Shown: positions 12,400 to 24,227 of the stretch, piece by piece
Position numbering within the stretch: the stretch's first letter is position 1
Layout: every line of letters starts with the position of its first letter
Translations under genes and position numbers: made by a program
DNA from: Lama guanicoe
Taxonomy: Eukaryota
Reading direction: 5' to 3'
NCBI GenBank assembly: GCA_013239625.1
Contig: MU053561.1
Coordinates: forward strand, 1,969,818-2,033,817
Length of the DNA stretch: 64,000 bases
The notes under the pieces: generated by a model
Told to the model about the DNA's origin: nothing
The model's input: the letters and a program-made list of their open reading frames with translations, nothing else
The model's database searches: none

Positions 12400-13370
12400 G
12401 GTGATAGAACATGATGAACTTGACCCTGTGGGCAACGGACAGGTCTCATCAAGGTTTTTAATCTGAGGGGTGATAGTATTTTGTTTTATTTTGTTTCATT
12501 TCGTTTTTCAGAAAGGCTTCTCTGGGGGCAGTGTAGGGGATGGGCTGGAAGGGCCAGAACTGGAAAAGGAGACTATTCAGGAGGATACTGGATGGCTCAG
12601 GCCTGGACCACAAGGGTGCAGTGGGAGACCATTACGTGCAGAACAAAGGTAAAGAAGGGCAAAAGGAAGGCTTAGAGACTCTCCCATTGCTTACACTCTT
12701 GCTGGTAGAACTTCACAGAACCACACAAATACATCCCATCAAACCCAAACTAAATGTCTCCCCAGTTCAACCTCTACTTAACTGGATCTCCCCAAATTCT
12801 AGGAGCCATGCCAGTGTCATCTGCCATGGGGGCAATTGTGATGAAGGGTGAGGTAGAGTGGAAGGGACTGCAGTTGGACCTGGTTCTGTTAAATTATCTT
12901 ACTCCCACAAATTCTACCAAAATATTGGCACATGAGAATGCATGGTGGGGCTCTCTCTCGGGGCCCAGTAAGACATTTCGCTAGTGAAGGGCACGGAGCA
13001 AAAGCTTCATGAGCATCACTGTAAATCTGTTTTGCCTGGATCATTATGTTTGCTTCCTAACTGGCCTTCCACTCCTACTCTTCTCCCATCCCTCACAACC
13101 CATGTTCCACATAGCAGCCAGAGTTATATTAAACCTGATTTTGTCCCTCTTTTACTTAAAATTCCTCAACAGCTTCCCACTACACTTAGAAGAAAAAAAA
13201 AATCCCAATTTCTTACAATGGCTTAGAATGCCCTGTTTGAGATGGCTCCTCTACAACCTCTTCTCATGCACAGATCCAGACACAGGATCTTTCAATTTCC
13301 GTAACCTGCTAGGAACTTCTTTTCTTAGGGCATTTGTCCATGGCAGTTCCCTTCCTGGAATGCTCTAACT
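12400..13370. mobile_element. L2 fragments (minus ~12400-12620; plus ~13020-13370)
   Basis: ggttttta...ggggtgatag...gagactatt; cctggatcattatg...cctaactggccttcc...cacatagcagccagagt...ttccttcc-like ends typical of L2. Confidence 0.6.
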
Positions 13371-13373
13371 CCA

Positions 13374-13975
13374 TGTAGCAGACATCGCAGTTGTCTCTTC
13401 AACATCATTTATCCACTTTCTCAAGTGGGCAGCACCTATGTAAGGGTGGGCTCTACTTGGCTTAATACAATCAGGCTCAACCCATCCTTCTTGCTATAAA
13501 TAGGCCTACAGCTGTCATCTCGGTATCCCTTTGGCCACAAAGGTTGGTTAGGGATGGTCCAATTAGTGCAAAACCCAGGACTTTAATTAAATGTTTGTCA
13601 AGAAGTACTTTGTCCCCCTACCCCTAGATGTGAATAAAGAAGGAATATGTATATATATACATGAATCACTAAGCTGTATGCCAGAAATTAACACAACACT
13701 GTAAATCAACTATACTTCAAGTATTAAAAAATTAAAAATAAAAAAGGGACATATAGCCCAATTACTGCTAGTGGACAATTTGCAACCAGCCTGCAGGCAA
13801 AGCAGACACATGGAAGAGGTCAGGGCCCAGAGTGTTACAGAGAAATGGAGTTGGCACTCAGATCAGATTGATCACAAGGGCATAATGCCTTGGGAGTTTT
13901 CAGTTATATGAACCAAAAAAAATTTCCCTTTATTGTATAAGCCAGTTTGAGTTCATTTAATGTGACTAATGATGT
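13374..13975 (+). mobile_element. Old ERVL/MaLR LTR (MLT1/LTR16-like) interrupted by a ~100-bp L1 3' tip (~13645-13745)
   Basis: Starts tgtagcagacatc; ends ttttcagttatatgaaccaaaaaaaatttccctttattgtataagccagtttgagtt; inner gaatcactaagctgtatgccagaaattaacacaacactgtaaatcaactatacttcaa plus A tail. Confidence 0.65.
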
Positions 13976-14439
13976 TGTTTTACAAAAATTAAATTGTCAC
14001 TGGCAGCATAAATATGTTAATTACTGCTGTGGTGTCAGCCTTTGTATTCGGCATGTCATTATTACTATCTCATTACTTCTATTTTTCTCTGTACAGACTA
14101 CTGTGAAACCTTGCTTTTAACTGTGGGCCCTCAGCCATCAGTGGTGACAAGTCTTCATTTATATATTAAAACTACTTCTCTTTTTTCCTCATTAGTAATT
14201 CAAGATAGGCTCCATGGTGCCTCTGATCTGTGTGTAAACACCGACACAGATGTGGGCACCAAAATCCTGTGTGTCCTTAGCCATGAAGAGCCACCATGGT
14301 GACCCAGATATGCCTACATTAATATGTTACATTATCAACAAAATAAATACAACATTTGAAAATCCTCTTAGAGAACTTATATGCCATCCAGAGGACCCCA
14401 GGGGTCTGTGAACGCCTACTAAGAACACTGATGGGGTGG

Positions 14440-14950
14440 GAAACACCCAGGATTAGAGACCTGGGTTTGCACCCTGGCTCCCTGCTTCCTGCTCTGCAAT
14501 CTTGGGCAAGATTTACTTTCTCTGGAGCCTTTTCCTCCTCTCTAACAGGGGGATTGATTCACTTGGAAAACACTGATGAGTTATCTGCTGTGGGCCAGGA
14601 TTATAATGCCTTCCTTCCCAGCTGATAAGAGTTGTTTTGAAGATCAAATGAGATTATCTAGGAAGAAGCATTTTACGAAACAAAAGCATACTACACTTGT
14701 TAGGTATTTGGTTTTTGTGCGCTTCTCTCTTCCCTTCTGAGCTCAACGAGGTCCCCTGCTCTGTTTCAGACCTGACTCAGAGGTCCTTCTCACATCTCCC
14801 CCGGGTTCTCAGAGCCCCTTCTCCATAATTCACGGTCTGCTTCCCTGGCTCTCTCCTCCCTGACCAAGGGCTGGGCCGGCTCAGGGTTGGTACCTAGCAC
14901 AGTGCCTGGTAAACAGGAAGTAAAAAACGTGAATGCTTGCAAGTGAATGG
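14440..14950 (+). mobile_element. MIR fragment (~14440-14700) and L2 3' end (~14850-14950)
   Basis: gagacctgggtttgcaccctggctcc...gttgttttgaagatcaaatgagat; cctagcacagtgcctgg...gtgaatg. Confidence 0.6.
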
Positions 14951-16180
14951 ACCTGAGGCTGTAGGTGAGGAAGGTGAGGAAAATGGGGACGAGGACGTCA
15001 GATGTTCCTTCCTAACTTGAGGAGGTTGTCTGAACCTGGTTGGCACCTCCCATTGCCGGCCTCTACCCAAACCCACACGCCAATCAGCTTACGAACACAG
15101 TGACTGTGACAGCAAGGCCTGAGATTGTTCTGCAAGCTGTGACTGAGTCAGGGCATTGCTTCTCCAAGAACTTCGTCCCTGGGTGTGCCTGGGGAAGTTG
15201 ATGCCACTTTCTTCTTTGGGGCTAACAGTCCTAGTCCCAAAGTCCAGTCCAGTGACAGAGGTGGCTCCCTGGCTCTTTTCGGGACCACGGAGGGGATCTG
15301 CTCCTGAGCTGGCTTTATCCGCTGAGAGGAGGAGAGCTGGAGCACTGGGCTAGCAGCAGCCATGCCAGGAAGGGTGGGAAGTAGGGTAGGGCTAGAGTTT
15401 CTAAATCTCACTGGCCTGGTCCCTGAGCCAGGGTGGGGTAGGGTGGAGAGAGAGCGAGCCACTCCACATTTTGTTGAGCCCAGATGGCGGGTCAGTGAGA
15501 ACCACTTAACTGTCCAGAGGGAGGACATCTCACTTTGGCAGAAGACACAGGCTAATCAGAAGCAGCCCCCAGCCTCTGCTTCCTTCTTCCCTCCCTCCCT
15601 CTGTGAATTCAGTTTGATGGGGACAAGGAGAGGTTCCAGGGCTTTGATCCCTGGCCATGTCACCCGGCCTCAAGTGTAGGATGTTCAGAAACGCCTGAAG
15701 TTGTTTTCCGACTGGGAGTTGGGAGAGGAGTTTCTTGTGAACCCACCTTGGCCAGGCGCTATCAACAAACCCAGCTCTTCCTACTCCCAGCCAGAAAAAA
15801 TTTCTCTTTGTGCCAGAAGCCTTTGCGCTGGGGATGCTGGGAAAAAAAGCAAGAGGGAGTGGAGACAGCTCAGGGTTTTGGAGGTAAACAGATGAGAGTG
15901 CCAAGGAAATAATTTATGTCCCTTGTCATTTCATAGAGTGACTCTATCGTGTAATGGCCGCACGACCTCAGGAAAGTCGAACAACCCCAGTGAGCCTTAG
16001 GGTCCTCCTCTACAAGATGAAGCTTGAGATGCCTTCCTGATGGCATGTTATGTGATACTCTATACTCATTCAGGGTGCTCATTCAGGGCTCAGCAGTGGC
16101 AGTTCTTTTCTCTCCCAGGTTGATGGGATGCTCAGATCAAAGCTTAGGCTCAACCTTGTAGTCCACTGCCCAAAGCTCTT

Positions 16181-16350
16181 GTTGTTGTTGTTGTTTTTAT
16201 TTAGTTTTTTAAAAATTTTTAACTAAAAAATTTTGGAAGGGAAGTAATTAGGTTTAATTATTTGTTTATTTATTTAGAGGAGGTGCTGGGGATTGAACCC
16301 AGGACCTTGTGCATGCTAAGCATGTACTCTACCATTGAGCTATATCCTCC
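16181..16350 (-). mobile_element. tRNA-derived SINE (Vic-1-like)
   Basis: ggggattgaacccaggaccttgtgcatgctaagcatgtactctaccattgagcta with gtaattaggttt and a T-rich tail. Confidence 0.9.
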
Positions 16351-17404
16351 TTCTCTTTACATTGTTTCATACATAGATTTTCTTCTCCCATCTCCTTAAC
16401 TATCTGGTTCCTGTTTTCTTTTGACTATGTCAATCAAATTAGCCTTATTGTTTCTACGATTTTTATTGTAAAGTCTTAAAAATCCATTCTACATTAGCTG
16501 CTGCATATAAAACAATTATCTCCCTAGCTAATGGGTAGCATTAGCTATAGCAGCTATATTTACAATACAAACTATATGCAGACACAACTCAGTATGACCA
16601 CACATACACTCAGTGACATATGAGGTTTACTCAGGATAGTTGTTTGCATGGCTTTATCAGAGTACAGATTGAAACTACAGAGGGATTTGCAACCCCAGAT
16701 GGGCTTCTGAAACACATTGTGTGTAAATGGTTGGCGTAAACAGGGAATCCTATTTGAATGCACTGTTTTGGACATTCAGCACCTGACAGGTGTTTTCAGA
16801 GCCTTGTCCCTGAGCTATTCTCCTCTGCTGTGGCCCTGGGGCTCCTCCATCCGCAATCACTCCTCAGAAAGGACTTGCTGCAGAGCCCGCTCCCCTTCTC
16901 TCTTAGACATGCTGGCTCCCAATGCCGGAAGTATGTAGTCTCTCTCCACCCAGAACATCACTAGCCACCTTCTTCTCATTGCTAATAGAGGTTTGAAGGC
17001 TGGACCAGTGGGGGGCAGGGAGAATATACCCTCTTGGCTCTTCAGCTCAACCGCTTACTCCCACATTGCTTCTTTCTAAAAGTGTCCCCATTCCACCAAA
17101 GCCTGAGATGGGGATTTTAAGCACACTCCGGAGGCAGCCACCAAGTTAAGTCTCACTTGACCTTCAGCATAAGCCTGCCCCAGCAGGAGTGTGGCTGGGG
17201 GCAAATTAGATCACACCCAACCTGGTCCTGGAGTCAGAAGATCTAGGTTCTATTTCAGCTTCAGCTCTCACAAATTATGTAGGAGGAGTCACTTGCTACT
17301 GATCTATACCCAGTTTCTTCAACTCTAAAATCAGTGGGAAAATTGAGATGACGCCTACTTAGCATTACGTTCGGGACTCTCCGGGGAAACATGGGCGTTG
17401 AGCA

Positions 17405-17423
17405 TGGCCACTAGGTGGCAGTA
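17405..17423 (+). promoter_or_regulatory. Candidate CTCF binding site
   Basis: tggccactaggtggcagta closely matches the CTCF core consensus (tggCCACYAGGKGGCRSta). Confidence 0.6.
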
Positions 17424-17569
17424 CTCGGAAGGACACGGAGCTGAAGCCCCGACTGACTGGAAGGGCTCTGGTGTTCTTAGCGCCTCTGAGATGCCCACGT
17501 GCAGCCTGAGGAGAAAGCTGCGGAGATCACTCACTCAGCTTGTCCCCATGCATTTACTGAGCACCAGTG

Positions 17570-17975
17570 TTTGGTCATCGTCTCTTGCCTTTCCCCTGCC
17601 TGCACTCCGGGCTCCATCGTGGGAATCGGTGCACAGCGGCCCTCCTTCCGCTAGGGGCAAGCCCTTCCACATCCCTTCCGCATCCTTTAGGACTCAGCTC
17701 AAATGGCCTCTTGTGAAGCTTTCCTTGACAAATCCCCTCCCCTGCTTCTCAAAGTTCATTCTTGTCACCTTTGCCTCCCCACCATCCTTTACCCACTCCT
17801 TGATTAGGACACTCACCTCCCCAGTGATCATTCCCCTGTCTGAGTCCTTTACCGGGTTATGAAGCCTTTGAGGGCAGAGACCAGGTTTTCTTCCCCTCTG
17901 ATTGCCCAAAGCCCAACATGGAGCTCGCACAATGACTGCTGCTATATGTCTGTTAATCAGGTGGATTAATTCATG
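17570..17975 (+). mobile_element. L2 3' fragment
   Basis: catcctttaggactcagctcaaatggcctcttgtgaagctttccttgac...tgaagcctttgagggcagagacc. Confidence 0.6.
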
Positions 17976-18309
17976 AACACAATCTTGGAAGACCAAGTTA
18001 ACCCTTTATTCAATGCTTCTGATCTGTGTTTTTGGTCATTCTTAGCATTAAGAGTTATGCCTTTCTTGATTTTGACTAGCAAACACTACTTTGGTGGGAT
18101 TTTAAACTTCTCTTAGTGATGGAAATCTTGGTTCAAACAAAAACCTATGACAACTCGAATATATAAAACAAAGGAAAGTAGGGCTGCTTGAATTGAAACT
18201 GAAATGAGGATGCCTGGAGTCCATTTTTCTCCTTTATTTACTTTCTTGGTCAGGGAACTCTTCCTTAGAACCAAAGGGCTTTGTCAACTTACTTTGAAAA
18301 ACACTCCCC

Positions 18310-18442
18310 TGTGTGTACATGTGGGTGGGGAGGGCTATGTGGGAACTCTGTATTTTCTGCTCAATTCTGCTGTAAACCTGAAACTGCTCTAAAAAAATAA
18401 AGTCTATTATAAAAAAGAAAAGAAAAGAAAAGAAAAGAAAAA
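18310..18442 (+). repeat. Old L1 3' tip whose tail has become an (AAAAG)n microsatellite
   Basis: atgtgggaactctgtattttctgctcaattctgctgtaaacctgaaactgctctaaaaaaataaagtct followed by about five aaaag repeats. Confidence 0.75.
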
Positions 18443-19399
18443 TATTCCCCTGATTGTTATATTAATTTCTCTTCTATTTATCTCCAGTTCATGGAAAAGA
18501 TGAATGGCTGGGGAAGGTCTGCATTTCTGGCGGCAGGAAGCCAATCCCTGTCATCACACAACCTTGGCAAACAGTACACAGTCAATGAAGGTTTGATTAA
18601 TTGGATTGAGTTGAGTTGAATTTAAATGACAAGCAGACCTTGAAGCCAAATATTGCTTTAGAATTTGGAGAGAAGTGGCGTTGCCTGGCTTTTCCCCAGG
18701 GTAGATGTGGGAAGGTGGTTAGGGAGATGGCTGGCCTGATAATCACCTCTATCTTGAATTAATTCATTGTGATCTCTGAACCAGAGGGACTGGGCGTGGC
18801 CCTACTGCAGACCTGCATGATTCAATCCGCGATAGAGCTTCAGTCCGTCTGAATGTCCCACCTGGGTCTGTGTACAGCAATACGAATATGAACAGATCAA
18901 TAAATCGCTGTCAAACTGAAGAACCTACAAGTTCGAAGGTTTCACTGCATTCAGCTAGGCTGCTCAAAGGACAAGCCGTCCACTAGCCTCCCTGCCAGCG
19001 AGCCTGCTATGATAGTGTGTCTCTGAGGGGCAGCACAGCCATTGCCAGAGAGGGCTCCCTCACATCCAGCCTCTGTCTTCACCCTCGCCCCTCGCCCTCT
19101 GATGGCTCCTCCTTCTCCATATAAATGTGCTCAAATTTGTTGATTTTTTTAATTAAATTTTTTAAAATTCTAAGTCTTATACACTATTGGCTTCCTGCTT
19201 GAAACCTTTGCCTTTCCTGATTTCTGAAAGGCTCTCTGAGCTGGTTTGCTTCCTACTCCTCTGGCTACTGCTTTTCCACTCACTGCTTGGTTTGCTCTGT
19301 AGCCAGTCCCCCATCGTCTTTTCATCTTTCCCCACCTGCTCTCCCTGTGCTGTCCCATCTACTCTTCTGTCTTTAACTACCAACCGTATCCTCTATGTG

Positions 19400-20492
19400 A
19401 CCATTGGCTTTGGGACCTTTTTCTTATCTCGTATATCCAATCCATAGCAGTATCATTCTACCTCCTAACATCACTCCATTCCACGCCTCCTGTCCATCCT
19501 CTTGCCACTCCCTGTTTTATTTCTCTTTTAGATTTCTGCCACTGATCTCTCTCTTTTCAGCTTTGGTTCTGTAAAATCCACTCTACACAATGCCACAGAT
19601 TTAAAACACAACTTAGACCATGTCATTCCCTGCATTCAGATTTTTCTGTGATATCCTGTTAGCCTGCAGGATAACATCCACGCTCATTAACAAGACCCAC
19701 TGTGACCCGGACTTCTCGCTGTCTCTCCAGTCCCCATCTCCCTTTATTGTGTAATTCAAATTCAGTTTTAGAAAAATGCTACGTTGTTCCAGGGTTCCAC
19801 TGTGATCTCGTACAGACGTTCCACTTCTTTAGAACAGAACCTCCTCCTTTTCTGTGCTTCTTGTCATACTTCTTTGTTTTAAAGTGAAGTCTAATCAGTT
19901 GTGTCCGTTTCTGGTGTACAGCATAATGTTTCAGTCATACATACACATGCATGTATTCCTTTTCCTATTCTTTTTCACTATAGGTTACTACAAGATATCA
20001 AATATAGTTGCCTGTGCTCTACAGTAGAAACTTGTTGTTTATTGGTTTTGTATTTCTGATGTAAGAGATATTCTGGCAAAGTTCAGTGGGTATTCTGTGT
20101 GATTTGTAGATGTAGTTTTTGTTCTATTCGTGGGAGGGGGTGAGCAAGGCGTCCTTCTGCTCTGCCATCTTGGTCCAGTCCCTTGCTATACGTCTATATG
20201 TCCTTCATAACTGAGCTCCAGTGTCGCCTCAGCTGGGGAGCTTTCTCTGACCCCTGCCAATCTAGCGAGATGCCTCTCACAGGTTTTCCGTGGCAGCCTG
20301 TGCACACGTGTATGTTAGCAGTACTGAAACCGATTGGAATTGTATACTTGGTGTCATCTCCATAAACTACACTCAGTAAGCCCGTGGGCTCCTTTAGGAC
20401 AATGACTTCTTAAAAACATTTCTCTCTCCCCAGTGTGGAGCACAGTACCTGGAAGGTAGTAGGTACTCAGCAATGCCTGGAGTAAATTAATG
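19400..20492 (+). mobile_element. L2 3' fragment (host of the L1-derived mini element)
   Basis: ttctacctcctaacatc...gaccatgtcattccctgc...gcacagtacctggaaggtagtaggtactcagcaatg. Confidence 0.65.
19874..20182 (-). mobile_element. Bipartite L1-derived mini element (L1 5' terminus fused to L1 3' terminus)
   Basis: Minus strand starts gggactggaccaagatggcagagcagaaggacgcc (L1 5' UTR start, YY1 motif at 20164-20171) and passes after ~130 bp into the last ~180 bp of the L1 3' UTR; degenerate TSD cttgtcatacttct/cttgctatacgtct. Confidence 0.75.
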
Positions 20493-21109
20493 CCACCACC
20501 AACACTCCTCTAAAGTTCTCGTAGTTTCTGCTTCATGGGTATAATTTGTGGTTGTAGAATTCCATTTTCAAAGTCACCACTATTTGGAGTACTCCTGTCC
20601 CTTACGATTATAACTTAGAAGATCACATGGTCATCTTCTCCCAAAATGCCTTCCATTTTTACAGCACCAACCCATTCCTTTTTGATGGTGAAAATGAAGT
20701 CTGTGCATTATTATATTTGCTGATCCATTCATACTCAACACTGTAAAATGCCAGTGAGTAGGTTAAAAATATACCAGATGCTCTCCTTTCAGAAGAATGA
20801 GATCTCCCACAGAGCTTAGAGCGCATGCTTGCCGATGATATCTAATATCTGAGCTTCTGAGCTGGCTTTCCAACGTGCTAGGAAAATGTCACCGAAGTCT
20901 ATCTTCTGGCTAAGCAGCATGCAGTCCATGCCCACAGTCTCTCTCCTGTTTCTCTCTCCATTTATTATCAAATAAATGCCCCATCCCTCTCTATAACAGC
21001 CTCCTAACACACTGCTGCTTTTCAGAGGGCAGTCTTCGAGAAGGATGTTTTTGTTCCCACATAGCCCTGTCTTCCTTTATTTTTGATTTTTCTTCATAAG
21101 GTGAAGAAT

Positions 21110-21450
21110 TGCTAACTAACAGGAAGACTTTAAAAGTCAACTCTCTCATTTCACTAATGAAGAAACATAGGCCCAGAGAGATAAAATGAGTGTGCCTAGT
21201 AGGAGCAATATCACAGCTAACATTTATTGTGTATTTCCTATGCTAAGTACCTTATTTATATTACCTTATTTTATCTTCACAACAATTCTATGGGGAAACT
21301 ATTATTAGGATTTCTCATTCACCAATAAGGAAACTGAGGCTTGAGGAAATAAATTAATATGCCCAAGGTCACAGCTACCGAGGAGCGAAGCAATGTTTCC
21401 AACAGAGGCGGTTTGACTCAAGAGCCATTTCTTTTAACTACCAAGCTCTG
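21110..21450 (-). mobile_element. MIR fragments
   Basis: agctaacatttattg...cttcacaacaattctatg...aaggaaactgaggctt...tgcccaaggtcacagct. Confidence 0.75.
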
Positions 21451-21499
21451 CTGCCTAATCCTACAAGGCTACTTATTTCCCAGTTGGTTTTAAATATAT

Positions 21500-22788
21500 T
21501 GTAGGAGGGTTCCCTTTTCTCCACAGCCTCTCCAGTATTTGTCATTTGTGGACTTTTTAACGCTGGCCATTCTGACTGGTGTGAGGTGATACCTCATGAT
21601 AGTTTTGATTTGCATTTCTCTGATAATTAGTGATATTGAGTATTTTTTCATGTGCCTATTGATCATTTGTATTTCTTCCTTGGAGAATTGCTTGGTCTTC
21701 TGCCCAGTTTTGGATTGAGTTGTTTGTTTTCTTCTAATTATGTTGTATGAGCTGCTTATATATTCTGAAGATCAAGCCTTTGTTAGTTTCATTGTTTGCA
21801 AAAATTTTCTCCCATTTCATGGGTTGTCGTTCTGTTTTACTTACGGTTTCCTTTGCTGTGCAGAAGCCTGTAAGTTTAATTAGGTCCCATTTGTTTATTC
21901 TTGCTTTTATTTCTATTGCTTGTGTAGATTGCCCTAGGAGAACATTTTTAAGATGTATGTGAGATGATGTTTTGCCTATGTTTTCTTCTAGGAGGTTTAT
22001 TGTATCTTGCCTTATGTTTAAGTCTTTGATCCATTTTGAGTTTATTTTTGTGTATGGTGTAAAGGAGTGTTCTAGCTTCATTGATTTACATGCTGCTGTC
22101 CAGTTTTACAGCCACTGTGGAAAACAGTATGGAAATTCCTTAAAAAACTAAAAATAGACTTATCATATCACCCAGTAATTGCACTCCTGGGCTTATATCC
22201 AGAAGGAATCCTACTTCAAAAAGACACCTGCACCCCAATGTTCATAACAGCACTATTTATAATAGCCAAGACATGAAAACAGCCTAAATGTCCATCAACA
22301 GATGACTGATAAAGAAGATGTGGTATATTTATACAATGGAATACTATTCAGCCATAAAAATGACAACATAATGGCATTTGCAGCAACATGGATGTCCCTG
22401 GANNNNNNNNNNNNNNNNNNNNNNNNNNNNNNNNNNNNNNNNNNNNNNNNNNNNNNNNNNNNNNNNNNNNNNNNNNNNNNNNNNNNNNNNNNNNNNNNNN
22501 NNNNNNNNNNNNNNNNNNNNNNNNNNNNNNNNNNNNNNNNNNNNNNNNNNNNNNNNNNNNNNNNNNNNNNNNNNNNNNNNNNNNNNNNNNNNNNNNNNNN
22601 NNNNNNNNNNNNNNNNNNAATGCAGAAAGATAAACCAGATTATACCGTATAGCACAGGGAAATATATACAGCAAAAAAAAAATGTGACAATGAATATATG
22701 TATGTTCATGTTTAACTGAAAAATTGTGCTGTACACTGGAAATTGACACAACATTGTAAAAGGACTATAACTCAGTAAAAAAATGTAA
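21500..22788 (+). mobile_element. L1 with 5' inversion (inverted part 21500-22107, sense part 22108-22788)
   Basis: Minus ORF 21734-22081 is L1 ORF2 (TPYTKINSKWIKDLNIR...WDLIKL), abutting a plus-strand ORF2 end and 3' UTR; TSD taaata(t/a)attgta at 21491-21503 and 22789-22801. Confidence 0.88.
22403..22618. other. Assembly gap (216 N)
   Basis: Run of N inside the L1. Confidence 1.
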
Positions 22789-23860
22789 TAAATAAATTGT
22801 ATTTTCAGTTCTGTTTGCTCTACTTTTGGCAATAGCTAAAGAATGCTGGCCAAATAGTTAATAGGCTTAATGCTTCATATACAAACTCTGCAGTGAACGA
22901 AAGACTACCTATTTTAAACATTAAGAATTTTTATGTAATTCAACTTATCTCTACTGTGAGCATGGTTTTCCTATATTGACCTTCTTAGAACAAGACCCAC
23001 CTGTTTTGGAAATGAGCAATCCAAAAGATAGGAAGCACTACTTGTAATTAAATGGAAAATTCCCTCATGGCTCTGAAGTTAAATTAGAAAAGGGCTGATT
23101 AAGGAAAGCAAACAGGGCACTGTTAGTCCTTTCAGTGCAAACTCTCTGTTTGTCCAAGCCAAACAGTTGCCATTTCTAACAGAAGTAAAACACCTGTTGC
23201 TTCAGAAAGGAAAATTTCTGACCTGGCTGGCTTTTCAGAGCTGTTGCTGGTGAGGGCTGACCATTTGAAAAGCTTCCAAAAATTAACATCTCAGCCCAAA
23301 AGCTGATCTTCCCCTCTGCTTATTTTCTGTGTCTTCGCTGGAAACGGAGGTGGTGACTCCAGCCCAGGACTCACTCTCCTCTTCATTTCTGGAGGGAGCG
23401 TCTGGGAATGGCTTCTTTAGACAAACAGTGAGGCTCTCCTTGGCCTGGTGAGCCTTGGTCTGTAGAGGGAGGAGGAACAGGGGTGACTTCCTTGGTTCCT
23501 CCCCTGCTATGGTCTGGTCAAGGGTCCTGTCACTCAGATTCTGTGGATCCTCCTCTATCTTTCTTGGGCAGTGATCACTTAGAGAAAATGCATTTGCATA
23601 AACCAGTTAATGTCCAGCCTCAAGCCAGGTGCTGCTGCTGGGCTGAATCTATCCTTTCAAAGGGCCACGGTGACGACGTTCTCATGCCATCTAGGGCAGG
23701 GCTATTTGGGCACATATTCCTGCCTTGCGAACAAACCATCTGAGATACAAATCTGATCACTCTCTTGCCGATAGATGGTGCTCCATCCCCTTTAGCTCCC
23801 TCAACCCCAGCAGATTTTGATTCAAGTCAGGAATAGCATCAGAATTCTAACCTTCCTAGG

Positions 23861-23986
23861 TAGGTTGACCAACTGTTCTGTTTAACTAGGTAGGTTTGGG
23901 GAAACTGAGGAATTTCCTAGGATGTGGGACCTTCAGTGCTAAAACTGGGGACATCCTGGGCAAATCAAAATGAATTGGTCAGCCTA
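23861..23986. mobile_element. hAT-Blackjack MITE (MER81-like)
   Basis: Terminal inverted repeats taggttgaccaa...ttggtcagccta; internal gggaccttcagtgctaaaactggg. Confidence 0.7.
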
Positions 23987-24010
23987 CTTATGGGTGATTA
24001 TGATTTACAG

Positions 24011-24227
24011 CAAGGGTCAGCAGACATTGACCCACAGGCTATTCCAGGCTACTGCCTGTTTTTTTTTTAATAAAGTTTTACTGGAACACAGCCATGCTCA
24101 TTCATTTACATATCATCTATGCTGCTCTTATGCTACAGTAGGAGAGTTGAGTGGTCATGACAAAGACAGTATGACCCATAAAATATGTATTATTTGTCCC
24201 TTTACAGAAAGTGTTTGCTGACTCCTG
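24011..24227 (+). mobile_element. hAT-Charlie MER58A-like element
   Basis: aataaagttttactggaacacagccatgctcattcatttaca...ccctttacagaaagtgtttgctgactcctg. Confidence 0.8.

Noticed and set aside
16525..16558. Small palindromes tagctaatg-ggtag-cattagcta and tatagc-a-gctata
   Set aside because: Stems of 9 and 6 bp are expected by chance in 64 kb.
22302..22832. ORFs containing X runs
   Set aside because: Artefacts of translating through the N gap.
23765..23783. Weaker CTCF-like motifs (also at ~17003 and ~1455)
   Set aside because: Mismatches at core positions; not supportable without scoring.
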